A stretch of 64,000 nt of DNA, from contig CAWVRN010000009.1 of assembly GCA_963932905.1 (NCBI GenBank), positions 62,775 through 126,774 on the forward strand, read 5' to 3'. Position numbers and translations under genes: made by a program. Every line of letters starts with the position of its first letter. Positions within the stretch are counted from its first letter, which is position 1. Shown in pieces: positions 20,461-31,056 of the stretch. The DNA comes from an uncultured Bdellovibrio sp. GTDB lineage: Bacteria; Bdellovibrionota; Bdellovibrionia; Bdellovibrionales; Bdellovibrionaceae. The notes beneath the pieces were generated by a model. The model ran no database searches. It had not been told where the DNA came from and saw only the letters and a program-made list of their open reading frames with translations.

Positions 20461-22794
20461 ATGAAATTAGCCGTCGAATTAAGAAGCCTAGTCCATGAAT
20501 CTGTCGCTTTATTAGGAACTGTTATCAAACATCGGGTCGGGGATAGCGGTTACCGTCGAATAGAAAAAATTCGGCAGCAGATGACATCCTTTCGTCATCA
20601 ATCAGAAAGAAAATCTGAAAAAATGTTAGAAGAGTTGGCGACTCATCTAGTAAAACTAAAACAAGACGAACGATACGAAATTGCGCACTCGTTCACTTTA
20701 ATGCTTGAGTTAATGAACACGTCGGAAAATGCCTATCGCAGTTTTCGCCTCAGTCAAAAAAGTGCAGCGCCGATGGAAAAAAACAAACCGGCCTCAATTA
20801 CCTATGTGTTAACGGCCCATCCCACGGAAGCACGGGCACCAAAGAACATCAATATTTTTAATGAAATTCAAACTCTACTTATTTCCATTTTAGAAAATTC
20901 GACTGCGGGGCAAAAGGTCAACCTGACCGAGCAAAATAAAAATGATTTTCAGCATTTGCTTGAAATCGCCTGGCGTACTTCGATCGTGCGTCAGCGATCG
21001 CCGAAAGTAAAAGATGAGGCCGAATATATATACTCGCAAGTTTTCCGTGAAAATGTTTTGTTTTCACTGATGGATGCTAATCGCAGCGAAGTCGCATTTC
21101 GCCTTGGTAGCTGGGTGGGCGGGGACAAAGATGGCCATCCTGGGGTCGATGAAAAAACGATGATTCAAAGCCTAACTTTATCTAGCGGCCATATTTTATT
21201 GGTACTGAATGAATTACTAAAAGAAGTCAGTGCCACTGTCGATTCCGTAGGACATTCTAATTTGATTCAGCACGTTTCGAAATTACAGTCGCGGCTGCGA
21301 ACGTGCCGCGTGCTAAAGCCCGGTGACCTTAAAAAGATTCAGCTGTGTCATTCTTTATTTTTAAGACTGCAAAAGGAATACAAAAATCTTTTCTACAGCG
21401 AACACCCTCAGCTACGTCGCATAGATCAGATTTTTATATTGTTTCCAGGATTAGTGATCCCCCTAGAACTGAGAGAGTCGTCGGATGTTCTGATGTCAAA
21501 GCCGCCCAAGAGTAAACGATTAGTCATCGATCGGATGTTAGAAAAAGTCGGCGGTCTATGCGGATCGGGTGATCCGCGCTTTTACATTCGCGGGTTTATT
21601 ATTGCGATGACCCAGTCTGCTGAACACTTGAAAATGGCGGCCAGCAAGCAAAGAAAAGTTTTTGGTGCAGCTAAATTACCAATCATCCCGCTTTTTGAAG
21701 AAGCGCAGTCGCTGGCCAATTCCGATAAAATCATGCGCGATGTTTTAAAAGATCGAGAACTAAAATCCGTCATCAAAAATTATTGGCGTTCTACCGTTGA
21801 GATGATGGTGGGCTATTCTGATTCTAGTAAAGAGGGCGGAGTTTTACCCAGTCGGTTGGCAATTTCATTAGCACTGCCGAAACTGGAACGGTTGTGTCGG
21901 CATGCAGGCGTAACACCGGTGTTTTTCCATGGCTCAGGAGGCAGTGTCGATCGCGACGGGGGAAATATCGAAGACCAAATGGTTTGGTGGCCTCGGTCGG
22001 CGGCTAGGCGCTACAAAGTGACTATTCAAGGTGAAATGGTGGAACGATCGATGGCGACGCCGGCGATTGCCCGTCGTCAGCTTGAAAAGATTGCACATAG
22101 TTCAAGTATTGTATTAAGCCGTCGCTTTCATGTTCAGAAAAGTTTGGCCTTAAACACGTTTACAGAAAAAATTACGCACGCGTATCGTCGCAAGGTCACA
22201 GACCCAGATTTTCTTCAAATCGTTGGTGCGGCGACTCCGTATTCGTATATTAATTATTTAAAAATAGGATCTCGGCCAGCTAAGCGTCAGCAAGAGTTAA
22301 CCGTCAAAGGTCTACGCGCAATTCCGTGGATTTTATGTTGGACACAAACTCGGCTGTTATTTCCCACGTGGTGGGGCGTGGGAAGCGCTTGGCGTTCCAC
22401 CAGCAAGACCGACCGAGTTAAATTGAAATCAGCATTTGAAAACGACGCGGTTTTTACGTCGTACGTGAAAGCTTTAGATTTTACTTTGGCAAAGGTGGAA
22501 CTAGAAGTTTTTAAAATCTACTTAAAACAAAGCCGTTTACCCCAGACACTCATTCAAGATTTTAGTAACGAGGTGAACCAAGAATTCCGATGGGCCTGCC
22601 AATTTGTAAGTGCTATGACCGGCTCGTCAAAGCGCTTAGCCCACAAAGAGTGGTTAAAAGAAAGCATCGATTTGCGGTCAACGATGATTCATCCGTTAAA
22701 TGTGCTGCAAATTATTGCACAAAAAAATAAAGAAATTGCCTTGTTGAGACTAACAGTCACCGGGATTTCTGCCGGCATGATGGCGACCGGATAA
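20461..22794 (+). CDS. ppc: Phosphoenolpyruvate carboxylase (divergent, short type)
   Basis: VLTAHPTEA, GSWVGGDKDGHP, MVGYSDSSKEGG, GSRPAKR, LRAIPW and C-terminal GISAGMMATG. Confidence 0.93.
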   Translation: MKLAVELRSLVHESVALLGTVIKHRVGDSGYRRIEKIRQQMTSFRHQSERKSEKMLEELATHLVKLKQDERYEIAHSFTLMLELMNTSENAYRSFRLSQKSAAPMEKNKPASITYVLTAHPTEARAPKNINIFNEIQTLLISILENSTAGQKVNLTEQNKNDFQHLLEIAWRTSIVRQRSPKVKDEAEYIYSQVFRENVLFSLMDANRSEVAFRLGSWVGGDKDGHPGVDEKTMIQSLTLSSGHILLVLNELLKEVSATVDSVGHSNLIQHVSKLQSRLRTCRVLKPGDLKKIQLCHSLFLRLQKEYKNLFYSEHPQLRRIDQIFILFPGLVIPLELRESSDVLMSKPPKSKRLVIDRMLEKVGGLCGSGDPRFYIRGFIIAMTQSAEHLKMAASKQRKVFGAAKLPIIPLFEEAQSLANSDKIMRDVLKDRELKSVIKNYWRSTVEMMVGYSDSSKEGGVLPSRLAISLALPKLERLCRHAGVTPVFFHGSGGSVDRDGGNIEDQMVWWPRSAARRYKVTIQGEMVERSMATPAIARRQLEKIAHSSSIVLSRRFHVQKSLALNTFTEKITHAYRRKVTDPDFLQIVGAATPYSYINYLKIGSRPAKRQQELTVKGLRAIPWILCWTQTRLLFPTWWGVGSAWRSTSKTDRVKLKSAFENDAVFTSYVKALDFTLAKVELEVFKIYLKQSRLPQTLIQDFSNEVNQEFRWACQFVSAMTGSSKRLAHKEWLKESIDLRSTMIHPLNVLQIIAQKNKEIALLRLTVTGISAGMMATG

Positions 22795-22908
22795 ATAAAA
22801 GTAAAAAATCTAGTTTAGTCCTTGATTTGACCCCAATTGTTGAACATAGTGCGGCCTTTGCCGCCAAACGCAATATAGCGGCCTAAATTCAATGAGTTGG
22901 GGAGCATT

Positions 22909-24780
22909 ATGTCCATTAAAGAATTAAGCGACGATCAAGTAAAAAGCATGACCTTGTTAGAAAAAGATAAATGGTGGTTTGAAAATGTTTACCAAGGCAA
23001 TGCACCTCAGTTAACAATTCGTTCGGCGATCACAGGTATGTTACTTGGCGGAATTCTAAGTCTGACAAATTTATACGTTGGTATTAAAACCGGATGGACT
23101 TTGGAAGTTGGGGTAACTTCAGTTATCTTATCATTTGCTATCTTTAAATTATTCGCACGTTTTAAAATCGGAAATGAAATGGGCGTTCTAGAAAATAACG
23201 CCATGCAATCGATTGCGACCAGTGCGGGTTACATGACGGCGCCGATGATGGCATCGTTACCAGCGTACATGATGGTAACTAATAAAGTGATCCCTATGTG
23301 GCAAACCTACTGGTGGATTGTCATCCTATCTTTGTTAGGTGTTTTGTTTGCGTTTCCATTGAAACGTCGTTTTATCAATGACGAACAGTTGCCGTTTCCA
23401 GAAGGCTATGCTTCGGGTGTTGTACTTGATAGCTTACATTCAGATACAGGCAAAGAAGGTATCTTCAAAGCCAAAGTCCTAATGGGCGGTGCGGGTGTAG
23501 CGGCGATAACTGAATTTTTACGAAATGAGCCGATCATGACAAAACTAAAAGCTCCGTTTTTAGTTTTACCAGAATACTGGGATGATTTAATTTATAAATT
23601 TGCAACTCCGGCCATTTTCGGTACGCCAATGAAAGACTTAACTATCCGTTTAGATTCTTCGATCGTGTTGATGGGTACAGGCGGACTAATGAGCATGAAG
23701 ACAGCAATGTCGATGTTACTAGGTGCTATTCTGAATTATTTTATTCTAGCTCCGTATTTAATTAAAATCGGTATTATTTCGCACGCGACATTCAAGGGGA
23801 TCACTATGTGGTCGCTGTGGTTTGGTGTGGCGATGATGACGACAGCTTCTTTATATTCTTTCTTTGCGCGTCCAGAAATTATTCTGTCGGCATTTAAACG
23901 TAAAACGAAAGAAGTGAAAACTAAAGATGCTGATCCATTAAAAGATATCGAATTGCCGGTTTGGATTTCCTTGGTTGGTATCCCTATAGTGGGCGCGATC
24001 GCTGTTTGGATGGGTCATGCATGGTTTGGCGTTGAATGGTGGTTAGGTGTGATTGCGATTCCATTGGTATTTGTATTCACTTTGATCGCGGTGAATTCGA
24101 CGGGCTTGACAGCAATCACTCCCGGAAGTGCGTTAGGTAAATTGACTCAAGTGACATACAGTATGTTGGCCCCAGGACAGATCGCGACGAATTTAATGAC
24201 GGCGGGAATTACCAGTGAAGTGTCACTGAATTCTAGTAATCTATTAATGGATATCAAGCCCGGTTACATGCTGGGTGGTAAACCTCGCCATCAGGCAGTT
24301 GGTCACATTCTAGGGATCTTTGCCGGTGGTTTGGTTGCTGTTCCTGTATTCTACATGTTATTCCATAATGATATTTCGTTATTCACATCTGAAAAATTAC
24401 CTCTGCCTTCGGCTACCGTATGGAAAGCTGTGGCGGAAGTTCTGACAGTGGGTCTTGCGGCTCTTCATCCGACGGCTCAATTAGCGGCACTAGTCGGGGG
24501 AATTTTAGGTATCATCATGGCGTACCTTGATCAGAAAACAAAAGGTAAATTCCCAATTTCTGCCGTGGGTGTTGGATTAGCATTCGTTCTACGTTTCACA
24601 GATTCTTTAATGATGGCTTTAGGCGCATTATTCTTCTGGGTTATTGGAAAAATGGCTAAGGATAAATCATCGGTTACTTACCGTGCGTTTATCGACAATC
24701 AAGAAACAATGTCTGCTGGCGTAATTGCCGGTGGATCGATCATTGGATTGATCTTGTTGATTCTAGAGACAAGCATTTAA
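22909..24780 (+). CDS. OPT family oligopeptide transporter
   Basis: QLTIRS, YVGIKTG, LENNAMQSIATSAG, LPFPEG and DIKPGYMLG; many TM helices. Confidence 0.93.
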   Translation: MSIKELSDDQVKSMTLLEKDKWWFENVYQGNAPQLTIRSAITGMLLGGILSLTNLYVGIKTGWTLEVGVTSVILSFAIFKLFARFKIGNEMGVLENNAMQSIATSAGYMTAPMMASLPAYMMVTNKVIPMWQTYWWIVILSLLGVLFAFPLKRRFINDEQLPFPEGYASGVVLDSLHSDTGKEGIFKAKVLMGGAGVAAITEFLRNEPIMTKLKAPFLVLPEYWDDLIYKFATPAIFGTPMKDLTIRLDSSIVLMGTGGLMSMKTAMSMLLGAILNYFILAPYLIKIGIISHATFKGITMWSLWFGVAMMTTASLYSFFARPEIILSAFKRKTKEVKTKDADPLKDIELPVWISLVGIPIVGAIAVWMGHAWFGVEWWLGVIAIPLVFVFTLIAVNSTGLTAITPGSALGKLTQVTYSMLAPGQIATNLMTAGITSEVSLNSSNLLMDIKPGYMLGGKPRHQAVGHILGIFAGGLVAVPVFYMLFHNDISLFTSEKLPLPSATVWKAVAEVLTVGLAALHPTAQLAALVGGILGIIMAYLDQKTKGKFPISAVGVGLAFVLRFTDSLMMALGALFFWVIGKMAKDKSSVTYRAFIDNQETMSAGVIAGGSIIGLILLILETSI

Positions 24781-24807
24781 TCGCTAAAAATAAATTTTAT
24801 TAAATCT

Positions 24808-24844
24808 AAAAGGCGTTACATTTTGAATCGTAACGCCTTTTTTT
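24808..24844 (+). terminator. Intrinsic terminator after the OPT gene
   Basis: aaaaggcgttac-N10-gtaacgccttttttt. Confidence 0.85.
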
Positions 24845-24845
24845 A

Positions 24846-24861
24846 TGGTCCTAGGTTTGCT
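24846..24861 (+). promoter_or_regulatory. Putative sigma54 promoter of the PA2779/PA2778 pair
   Basis: tGGtcctaggtttGCt (GG-N10-GC). Confidence 0.5.
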
Positions 24862-24934
24862 TTATCTCAAAGTAGTGGATGTTTTCGTTCTGATTTGGGG
24901 AAAATTTCCATATACAAACATCTATTGGGGGCTT

Positions 24935-25324
24935 ATGAAAACAAGTGTATTAAAAAAAATGATGCGGTTAGTGATGGTTGTTTTGATGATGATACCACTG
25001 CCACAAATGGCGCTCGCATCCAATGGGCAAAAAGAAATGGTTACGGCGTCCGCCGTACTAGATGAAATGAATAGGGTGGCGCTACCAACATCTAGACAGC
25101 AACAAGAAAAAGAAATTCAAGCCTTCTTGCAAAATGATCAAGTGAAAGCACAGCTTCACGCCAAAGGAGTTTCAGCAGAGGAAATGACCTCGCGTTTAGC
25201 GAGTTTGTCGGATCAAGAATTAAAATCCATGTCGACTCAAATTCAACAATCACGCGCGGGTGGTGATTTGCTTGTGACGGTATTGTTAATTGTCCTAATT
25301 ATCTATTTTATTAAACGGATTTAG
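24935..25324 (+). CDS. PA2779 family secreted/membrane protein
   Basis: Signal peptide; GVSAEE...RLASLSDQEL...AGGD followed by a C-terminal TM helix; adjacent to a PA2778-type gene. Confidence 0.85.
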   Translation: MKTSVLKKMMRLVMVVLMMIPLPQMALASNGQKEMVTASAVLDEMNRVALPTSRQQQEKEIQAFLQNDQVKAQLHAKGVSAEEMTSRLASLSDQELKSMSTQIQQSRAGGDLLVTVLLIVLIIYFIKRI

Positions 25325-25336
25325 GTGTGTTAATAA

Positions 25337-26173
25337 ATGAAATTGAAATACTTTTTCTCACTCACACTATGGACAGTAATTAATTTTGGGTGCGCGACCA
25401 CTGTGGTATTGGAAGCGCCATCCATGATGTCATTATCTTTACCAAAAGAGCAAGTAATACCCAACGTTGAGTTTATAGACCAAGAAAAAGATTTCTGTGG
25501 GCCAGCGACCGTGACGATGGCGCTTCGTTGGAATGGGATCGACGCCGACATCAATCACGTGGCCCAGAATGTATTCACCCCCGAATTGTCCGGCTCGTTG
25601 CCAGTTGATATTCTGAGCGCAAATCGCCGTTACGGAATGCTTGCCATGTCCGTGAATACTATGGATTCTTTGATGACAGAAATTGCAGCGAACAATCCTG
25701 TCATAGTCTTTCAAAATCTGACAGTCAGTTGGGCTCCGCAATGGCACTATGCTTTGGTAGTCGGTTACGATCTGACTCGGAAAAAAATAGTATTACATAC
25801 CGGACATCAGCCCTATATGGAGATGGATCTGTCAGATTTCGAGTACACTTGGAACCTGGCTGATAATTGGGGGCTAGTTGTTTTGTCTCCCGATAAACTA
25901 TCAAGTTCCGCATCGGAAATGGATCACGTAAAAGCGGCTGTTATCCTAGAGCAACTAAAGAAATCGGAGGATGCGAGTGTCAGCTATCAACGTATTTTAG
26001 AAAAGTGGCCTAACAACTTGGTCGCACTGATTGGTGCTGCAAATAATGCTTATCAAAATGGCAATCGTAAGCTGGCTATTCGGATTTTAAAACATGCTGT
26101 GAAGGTTCATCCAGAATCTGTCGCGGCCAAAAATAATCTGACAATCGCGATCGCCGAAAAAATAAAAAAATAA
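25337..26173 (+). CDS. PA2778 family C39-like cysteine peptidase with C-terminal TPR (lipoprotein)
   Basis: Q-x4-CGPA, NPVIVFQNL..W.PQWHYALVVGYD, TPR tail. Confidence 0.9.
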   Translation: MKLKYFFSLTLWTVINFGCATTVVLEAPSMMSLSLPKEQVIPNVEFIDQEKDFCGPATVTMALRWNGIDADINHVAQNVFTPELSGSLPVDILSANRRYGMLAMSVNTMDSLMTEIAANNPVIVFQNLTVSWAPQWHYALVVGYDLTRKKIVLHTGHQPYMEMDLSDFEYTWNLADNWGLVVLSPDKLSSSASEMDHVKAAVILEQLKKSEDASVSYQRILEKWPNNLVALIGAANNAYQNGNRKLAIRILKHAVKVHPESVAAKNNLTIAIAEKIKK

Positions 26174-26262
26174 ATCTCACCCCAAGTCACAGCTTTTTTA
26201 GTTGTAACCGTAAAAATGCTGTCCTACCTTTTTTGTCTATAACTAAATCAAAAGGGGTTGTT

Positions 26263-27216
26263 ATGAAAACAATGATGTTGGTACTATTATTTTTCGTGGG
26301 TGCCGCTCAGGCTCAATCACGCTATGGTTTCGCCTATTACGGGTCTCCGCAAATGCGCTGGACATTGCCAGCAAATAATTTACATAGGGAAGATACTGGC
26401 CGCGTGGCGAATATCACTGAACAACGGTTTGGACAGATCATTGACGAAGTGATGGCTGTTTGGACACCGGTAGCAAAAGCTAAAGGTGTTACATTAACAG
26501 CGGAAAAACGTTGGTCAGATCCAACGGTTAACGCGTCTGCGTCTCAAAGCGGAAAAAACTGGGTTGTAAATATGTACGGCGGTTTAGCTCGTCGTCCAGA
26601 AGTCACTGAAGATGGTTTTGCACTCGTAGTATGTCATGAATTAGGTCATCATTTCGGTGGTTACTCTTTCTACGGTCGCACAGACTGGGCATCAGCTGAA
26701 GGTGAATCTGATTTCTTCGCTACAAACGTTTGTGCGAAATACATCTGGGGCAAACAACAAAATAGAAACGTACTTTACCGTCGCCTTCGTGAAACACCAC
26801 CCGTTGTTCAAAAAGCGTGTGAAACTGTTTGGAACGGAAATGCAAATGCACAAGCTTGGTGTGTACGTACGGCTCTAGGTGGTCATTCCCTAGCGACTTT
26901 ACTTCATGCAATCGGAGGCAGAAATGCAGCTCCAGCTCCAAGTTTTGATACTCCTGATAAAACGGTAGTAACTAAAACGTCGGTATCACATCCTAAAGCA
27001 CAGTGCCGTTTGGATACTTATTTTTCTGGCGCTCTTTGCACAGCTAAATGGGATCTAAATGTTATTCCAGCGAAAAATTTCTCTGGTGGACAAGACACTC
27101 CACAAGCTGAACAAGAAGCGATGAAATACTCTTGCTTTACAGCAGGTGGCGCAAAAGTAGGCGTGCGTCCTCTTTGCTGGTTCAAGCCTTTAAATTCGGG
27201 TTTCCGCACTTTCTAA
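26263..27216 (+). CDS. Secreted zinc metalloprotease (HExxH)
   Basis: Signal peptide; VNASA...MYGGLARRPEVTEDGFALVVCHELGHH...EGESDFFA; HPKAQCRLDTY. Confidence 0.85.
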   Translation: MKTMMLVLLFFVGAAQAQSRYGFAYYGSPQMRWTLPANNLHREDTGRVANITEQRFGQIIDEVMAVWTPVAKAKGVTLTAEKRWSDPTVNASASQSGKNWVVNMYGGLARRPEVTEDGFALVVCHELGHHFGGYSFYGRTDWASAEGESDFFATNVCAKYIWGKQQNRNVLYRRLRETPPVVQKACETVWNGNANAQAWCVRTALGGHSLATLLHAIGGRNAAPAPSFDTPDKTVVTKTSVSHPKAQCRLDTYFSGALCTAKWDLNVIPAKNFSGGQDTPQAEQEAMKYSCFTAGGAKVGVRPLCWFKPLNSGFRTF

Positions 27217-27247
27217 TTTTATTTTGATTGAAATGTTAAAATAAACA

Positions 27248-27293
27248 AATGGCGCGCTCTTTACTGAAAATGTATAGACGTGCCATTTTTTTT
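27248..27293 (+). terminator. Possible intrinsic terminator
   Basis: aatggcgcg...cgtgccatt followed by a T-tract; the loop is large. Confidence 0.45.
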
Positions 27294-27326
27294 AGGTTGG
27301 GATTACAAGCATAAAGGAGATCATGT

Positions 27327-27704
27327 ATGAAATATCTTTTAGTTCTATTGATGGTTCTAGTTGGTGCAAAAGTAATGGCGGAACCAGGTCCTGGTGGTGT
27401 TATTGAAAATCGTGCTATATCAGTGAAAGTTTTAGGTGGATTCACAGGCTTCGATGCTGATGGGTACAAAGTCGTTCGTGCGGCAATGGCGTCATTAATC
27501 ACTGAAGGTGTTGTTGATCATTTCGTGACCACAGCTTGGGGTTTTGAAGGCGGGCACACGTTCTGTGTTCAGTTAAATCCCGATCCTAATTTCACACTCG
27601 ATCGTATCACAAAAATGTTAGCGGCCATTAAGCCGGGAAATAACACCATTTATGAATATCACGAAGTTCTTTCGTGCATTGGCGATACATCAGAATCTAA
27701 ATAA
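27327..27704 (+). CDS. Hypothetical secreted protein
   Basis: RBS aaggag; signal peptide; two Cys; WGFEGG motif. Confidence 0.75.
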   Translation: MKYLLVLLMVLVGAKVMAEPGPGGVIENRAISVKVLGGFTGFDADGYKVVRAAMASLITEGVVDHFVTTAWGFEGGHTFCVQLNPDPNFTLDRITKMLAAIKPGNNTIYEYHEVLSCIGDTSESK

Positions 27705-27880
27705 TCTGTTTAGCTCTTTGCAACCTTGGGACAAATTGGGGCCTTTTTCGGGGAAAAAATCTCTCAGAACAAGGGTTCTTCAGATATGCCTAAGCTATGA
27801 ACCCTGCAAAAACTTCCTAGCGTAGCGTTAATTTCCTGTAAGTGATTGAGAGATTTCGCTTCGCCATATAGATTCACGCT

Positions 27881-29362
27881 ATGAAAATTAATCATCCGAT
27901 TCTTATTCAAGGTGGTATGGGTATCGCAGTTTCCGATTGGAAACTAGCGCGGACCGTTTCTTTAACTGGACAGCTGGGCGTTGTCTCTGGAACGGCCATA
28001 AATTCAGTCCTGGTCCGCCGTCTTCAGGATGGAGATAAAGACGGTAATATTCGTCGCGCTTTAAAAGCATTTCCCTCACAAACGATCGCTCAAAAAATTA
28101 TCGACTCTTTTTATATTGAAGGTGGTCGTCCGGCAGGTCAGCCTTATAAACGGGCACTAATGTACAACGTGGTGTCTCCGGTCGCTTTGCTCCAACAAAC
28201 GGTAGCGGCTTGTTTTGTTGAAGTTTGGCTAGCTAAAGAGGGTCATTGCGGCGTTGTGGGTGTTAACTTGCTTGAAAAAATTCATTTACCAAATTTGGCC
28301 TGCCTATATGGCGCCATGTTGGCTGACGTGGATTACGTAATTATGGGAGCCGGGATTCCACGTGAAATTCCAGGTGTGTTGGATTTGTTTGCTGAAAATA
28401 AAAAAGCCAGTTTGAAAATTCCAGTGGCGGGCGGGGACGACACGTTAACTCACTTTGATCCTCATGCTGTCATGGACGGTATGGAGTTGAAACCTCTGAA
28501 GCGTCCTTTCTTTTTCCCGATTGTTTCAAGTGCTACTTTAGCTTTAAGTTTAAAGAAAAAATCGACAGGACGAGTAGACGGTTTCATCGTAGAAGGTCCT
28601 TTAGCGGGTGGCCACAATGCGCCTCCGCGTGGACAGATGCAGTTGAACGAGCGTGGTGAACCCATTTACGGTGTTCGTGACCAAGTCGATCTAGCAGATA
28701 TGGCGGCACTTGAATTACCGTTTTGGATGGCGGGCGATTACGCGACTCCAGATAAAATGAAAGCCGTTCGTGATCAAGGTGCACATGGGATTCAAGTGGG
28801 AACTCTATTTGCATTTTCAGAAGAATCTGGCGTTGATCGCAAGCTAAGATTAGATGCGATCAAAACAATCTTAACGACAACGCCACCAGATGGGGGGTGG
28901 ATTTTCACGGATCCCAGATCTTCGCCAACAGGATTTCCCTTCAAAGCGGCTCGATTGCCGGGCAGTATTTCAGAAAAAGCCAATTATCTAAATCGCAAAC
29001 GTATTTGTGATTTGGGATATCTTAGACACACATACAAAAAACCAGATGGAACTTTAGGTCAGCGTTGCCCAGCAGAACCGGTTGCGGACTATATCAAAAA
29101 AGGTGGCCTGGAGGAAGATACAGTTGGTCGTAAGTGCCTGTGTAATGCCTTAATGGCCGATATTGGCATGGCACAAATTCAAGCCGATGGAACACCTGAA
29201 ATTCATTTATTAACCGCAGGTGATGATCTAAATAACATCGGCCGTTTGGTCAAAGCTGGTCAAGGAACCTACGCCGCTACCGACGTCATTGCGTACCTTC
29301 TAGGACCAGAGGTTGCAAAAACGAAATTACCAAAAACACGCGAAGAACTGAGTTCGCTTTAA
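27881..29362 (+). CDS. Nitronate monooxygenase / 2-nitropropane dioxygenase-like FMN enzyme
   Basis: IQGGMGIAVS, MGAGIP, EGPLAGGHNAPPRG, GIQVGTLF, SPTGFPFK and CLCNAL. Confidence 0.9.
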   Translation: MKINHPILIQGGMGIAVSDWKLARTVSLTGQLGVVSGTAINSVLVRRLQDGDKDGNIRRALKAFPSQTIAQKIIDSFYIEGGRPAGQPYKRALMYNVVSPVALLQQTVAACFVEVWLAKEGHCGVVGVNLLEKIHLPNLACLYGAMLADVDYVIMGAGIPREIPGVLDLFAENKKASLKIPVAGGDDTLTHFDPHAVMDGMELKPLKRPFFFPIVSSATLALSLKKKSTGRVDGFIVEGPLAGGHNAPPRGQMQLNERGEPIYGVRDQVDLADMAALELPFWMAGDYATPDKMKAVRDQGAHGIQVGTLFAFSEESGVDRKLRLDAIKTILTTTPPDGGWIFTDPRSSPTGFPFKAARLPGSISEKANYLNRKRICDLGYLRHTYKKPDGTLGQRCPAEPVADYIKKGGLEEDTVGRKCLCNALMADIGMAQIQADGTPEIHLLTAGDDLNNIGRLVKAGQGTYAATDVIAYLLGPEVAKTKLPKTREELSSL

Positions 29363-29583
29363 AGCTCTGAAAAAATAAGCTTTGCTGGCTGAATATCTGA
29401 TACGAGCAGAATAAACGGTTCTTTACTAGAGCTAATGATCAGTTTTTTTGTATCATTTTGATATCCTGTTGTTAGTATACATATGAAATCATTAGCTATT
29501 TAACGAGGTTTGCATTGTTTTCATTACATTCTATTGCTAAACTGCTATCGATTTCCTTAAATTATACCGATAAGAATCATGGT

Positions 29584-31056
29584 ATGAAAAAATCTTGTTT
29601 AAGAGATATAATTTACCTTGTCCAAAACATAGTTTTTCCAGATGTTCGTCTCATTTTGAATTATGCAAACTCACAAAACAATGGACAGATTTTAAGAATT
29701 ATTCTTTTACAAAGTTATATTTTGCTTTTGGGCTGCACTTTAAATTCAAGAATTTACGATCTAAATCCAAAACCCGTACCCATCACTTTGGCAAGCGTAA
29801 GCCCAAATCAGAGTTTCTTTTTGGGGGGAGAAAAAATCACAATTTCCGGAACCGGATTTAGAGAAGGAATTTCTGTTTTTATTGAAGATAAAGAATGTTC
29901 GAATTTAGTTGTCCTAAGTCAGGAAAGCCTAAATTGTATCGCTCCAAAATTCGATATGGCAAACTTAGATTCGTCAAGTGGCGCTACGGAAAAGCAATTG
30001 AAAGCGATTAGTAGTAAAAAGCTGAGTGTAAGTATTAAGTCGCCTGATGGAACCAAAGTAAATTTAGCAGAAGCCTTTCAGTATAAAAGCGATGCGTTTA
30101 CAAAAGTTGAACTTTTTTCAGGCCGCCTTTCTAATGCCGGGCGATCCAATGGAATTGGAACACAAATAAAATTTTATCGCCCCTCAAAGGCGATTATTCA
30201 TGATGGATACATGTACGTTTCCGACACTGGAAATCAACTCATTCGCCGAATTAATATGAGTACCCTTCAATCTGAGGATCTTGCAGGAAAGTGTTTTCAA
30301 CGAGGGTCGACCGATGGAATTGGAACCAATGCCACTTTTAACGATCCAATGGGCTTGGTAGCAGTTGGAAATAATCTTTTCGTAGTTGAAAACCAATCCT
30401 GCATCGTAAGAAAAATTGATCTGACCACCAAGCAAGTTTCACTTTTCGCGGGTCAGCCAGATAACTGTTCTGCTGCTAGTGATAACGTAGTGGGGACAAA
30501 TGCTGCCTTTTCAAATCTCTCAGGGATAACGGCTGATAATAACTTCCTCTATGTATCAGACGACAGCTCAAACCTTCGCAAAATTTCTCTGAGCGGGACG
30601 AATAGTGTAACGACGGTGAACGTTGATCCAAACGTTTATATGACCCTAATGGATATCACCCTTATGAATCAAGCGCTTTATATGACTGAAACTGATAATA
30701 TAAATTCTTATTATATTACCAAATTAGATCTTACAACCGGAGCTACGTCTACCGTATTAGGCCCGATATCTGTGCAAGCATCAGGAATAACAAATGACGG
30801 AGCTTATTTATATGTTTCCTCCTCGTCTTCAGATAGAATAGCAAAAGTGGATCTCAATTCACCTTCTCTAGTCACCTTAGTTGGCACTACATATGGAAAT
30901 ACCGACGGTGTAGGAACTGCTGCTAGGCTCGCTGCCCCAGCGGGTTTATTTTACTATAACAATGAAATCTATTTTTCGTCTTATAGTTCTCATAATATTA
31001 GAAAGTTTCACACGGGGACATTAGAAGTAAAAACCATCGTTGGTGATTCAAAATGA
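29584..31056 (+). CDS. IPT/TIG plus NHL-repeat beta-propeller protein (start uncertain)
   Basis: SVSPN...GGEKITISGTGF (IPT); repeated G-x-x-DG-x-GT-x-A-x-F-x-x-P NHL units; LLGC lipobox-like segment. Confidence 0.8.
   Translation: MKKSCLRDIIYLVQNIVFPDVRLILNYANSQNNGQILRIILLQSYILLLGCTLNSRIYDLNPKPVPITLASVSPNQSFFLGGEKITISGTGFREGISVFIEDKECSNLVVLSQESLNCIAPKFDMANLDSSSGATEKQLKAISSKKLSVSIKSPDGTKVNLAEAFQYKSDAFTKVELFSGRLSNAGRSNGIGTQIKFYRPSKAIIHDGYMYVSDTGNQLIRRINMSTLQSEDLAGKCFQRGSTDGIGTNATFNDPMGLVAVGNNLFVVENQSCIVRKIDLTTKQVSLFAGQPDNCSAASDNVVGTNAAFSNLSGITADNNFLYVSDDSSNLRKISLSGTNSVTTVNVDPNVYMTLMDITLMNQALYMTETDNINSYYITKLDLTTGATSTVLGPISVQASGITNDGAYLYVSSSSSDRIAKVDLNSPSLVTLVGTTYGNTDGVGTAARLAAPAGLFYYNNEIYFSSYSSHNIRKFHTGTLEVKTIVGDSK

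Noticed and set aside
20319..20528. N-terminal extension of the App1 ORF overlapping ppc
   Set aside because: The downstream ATG at 20318 gives a clean signal peptide and a normal divergent intergenic region.
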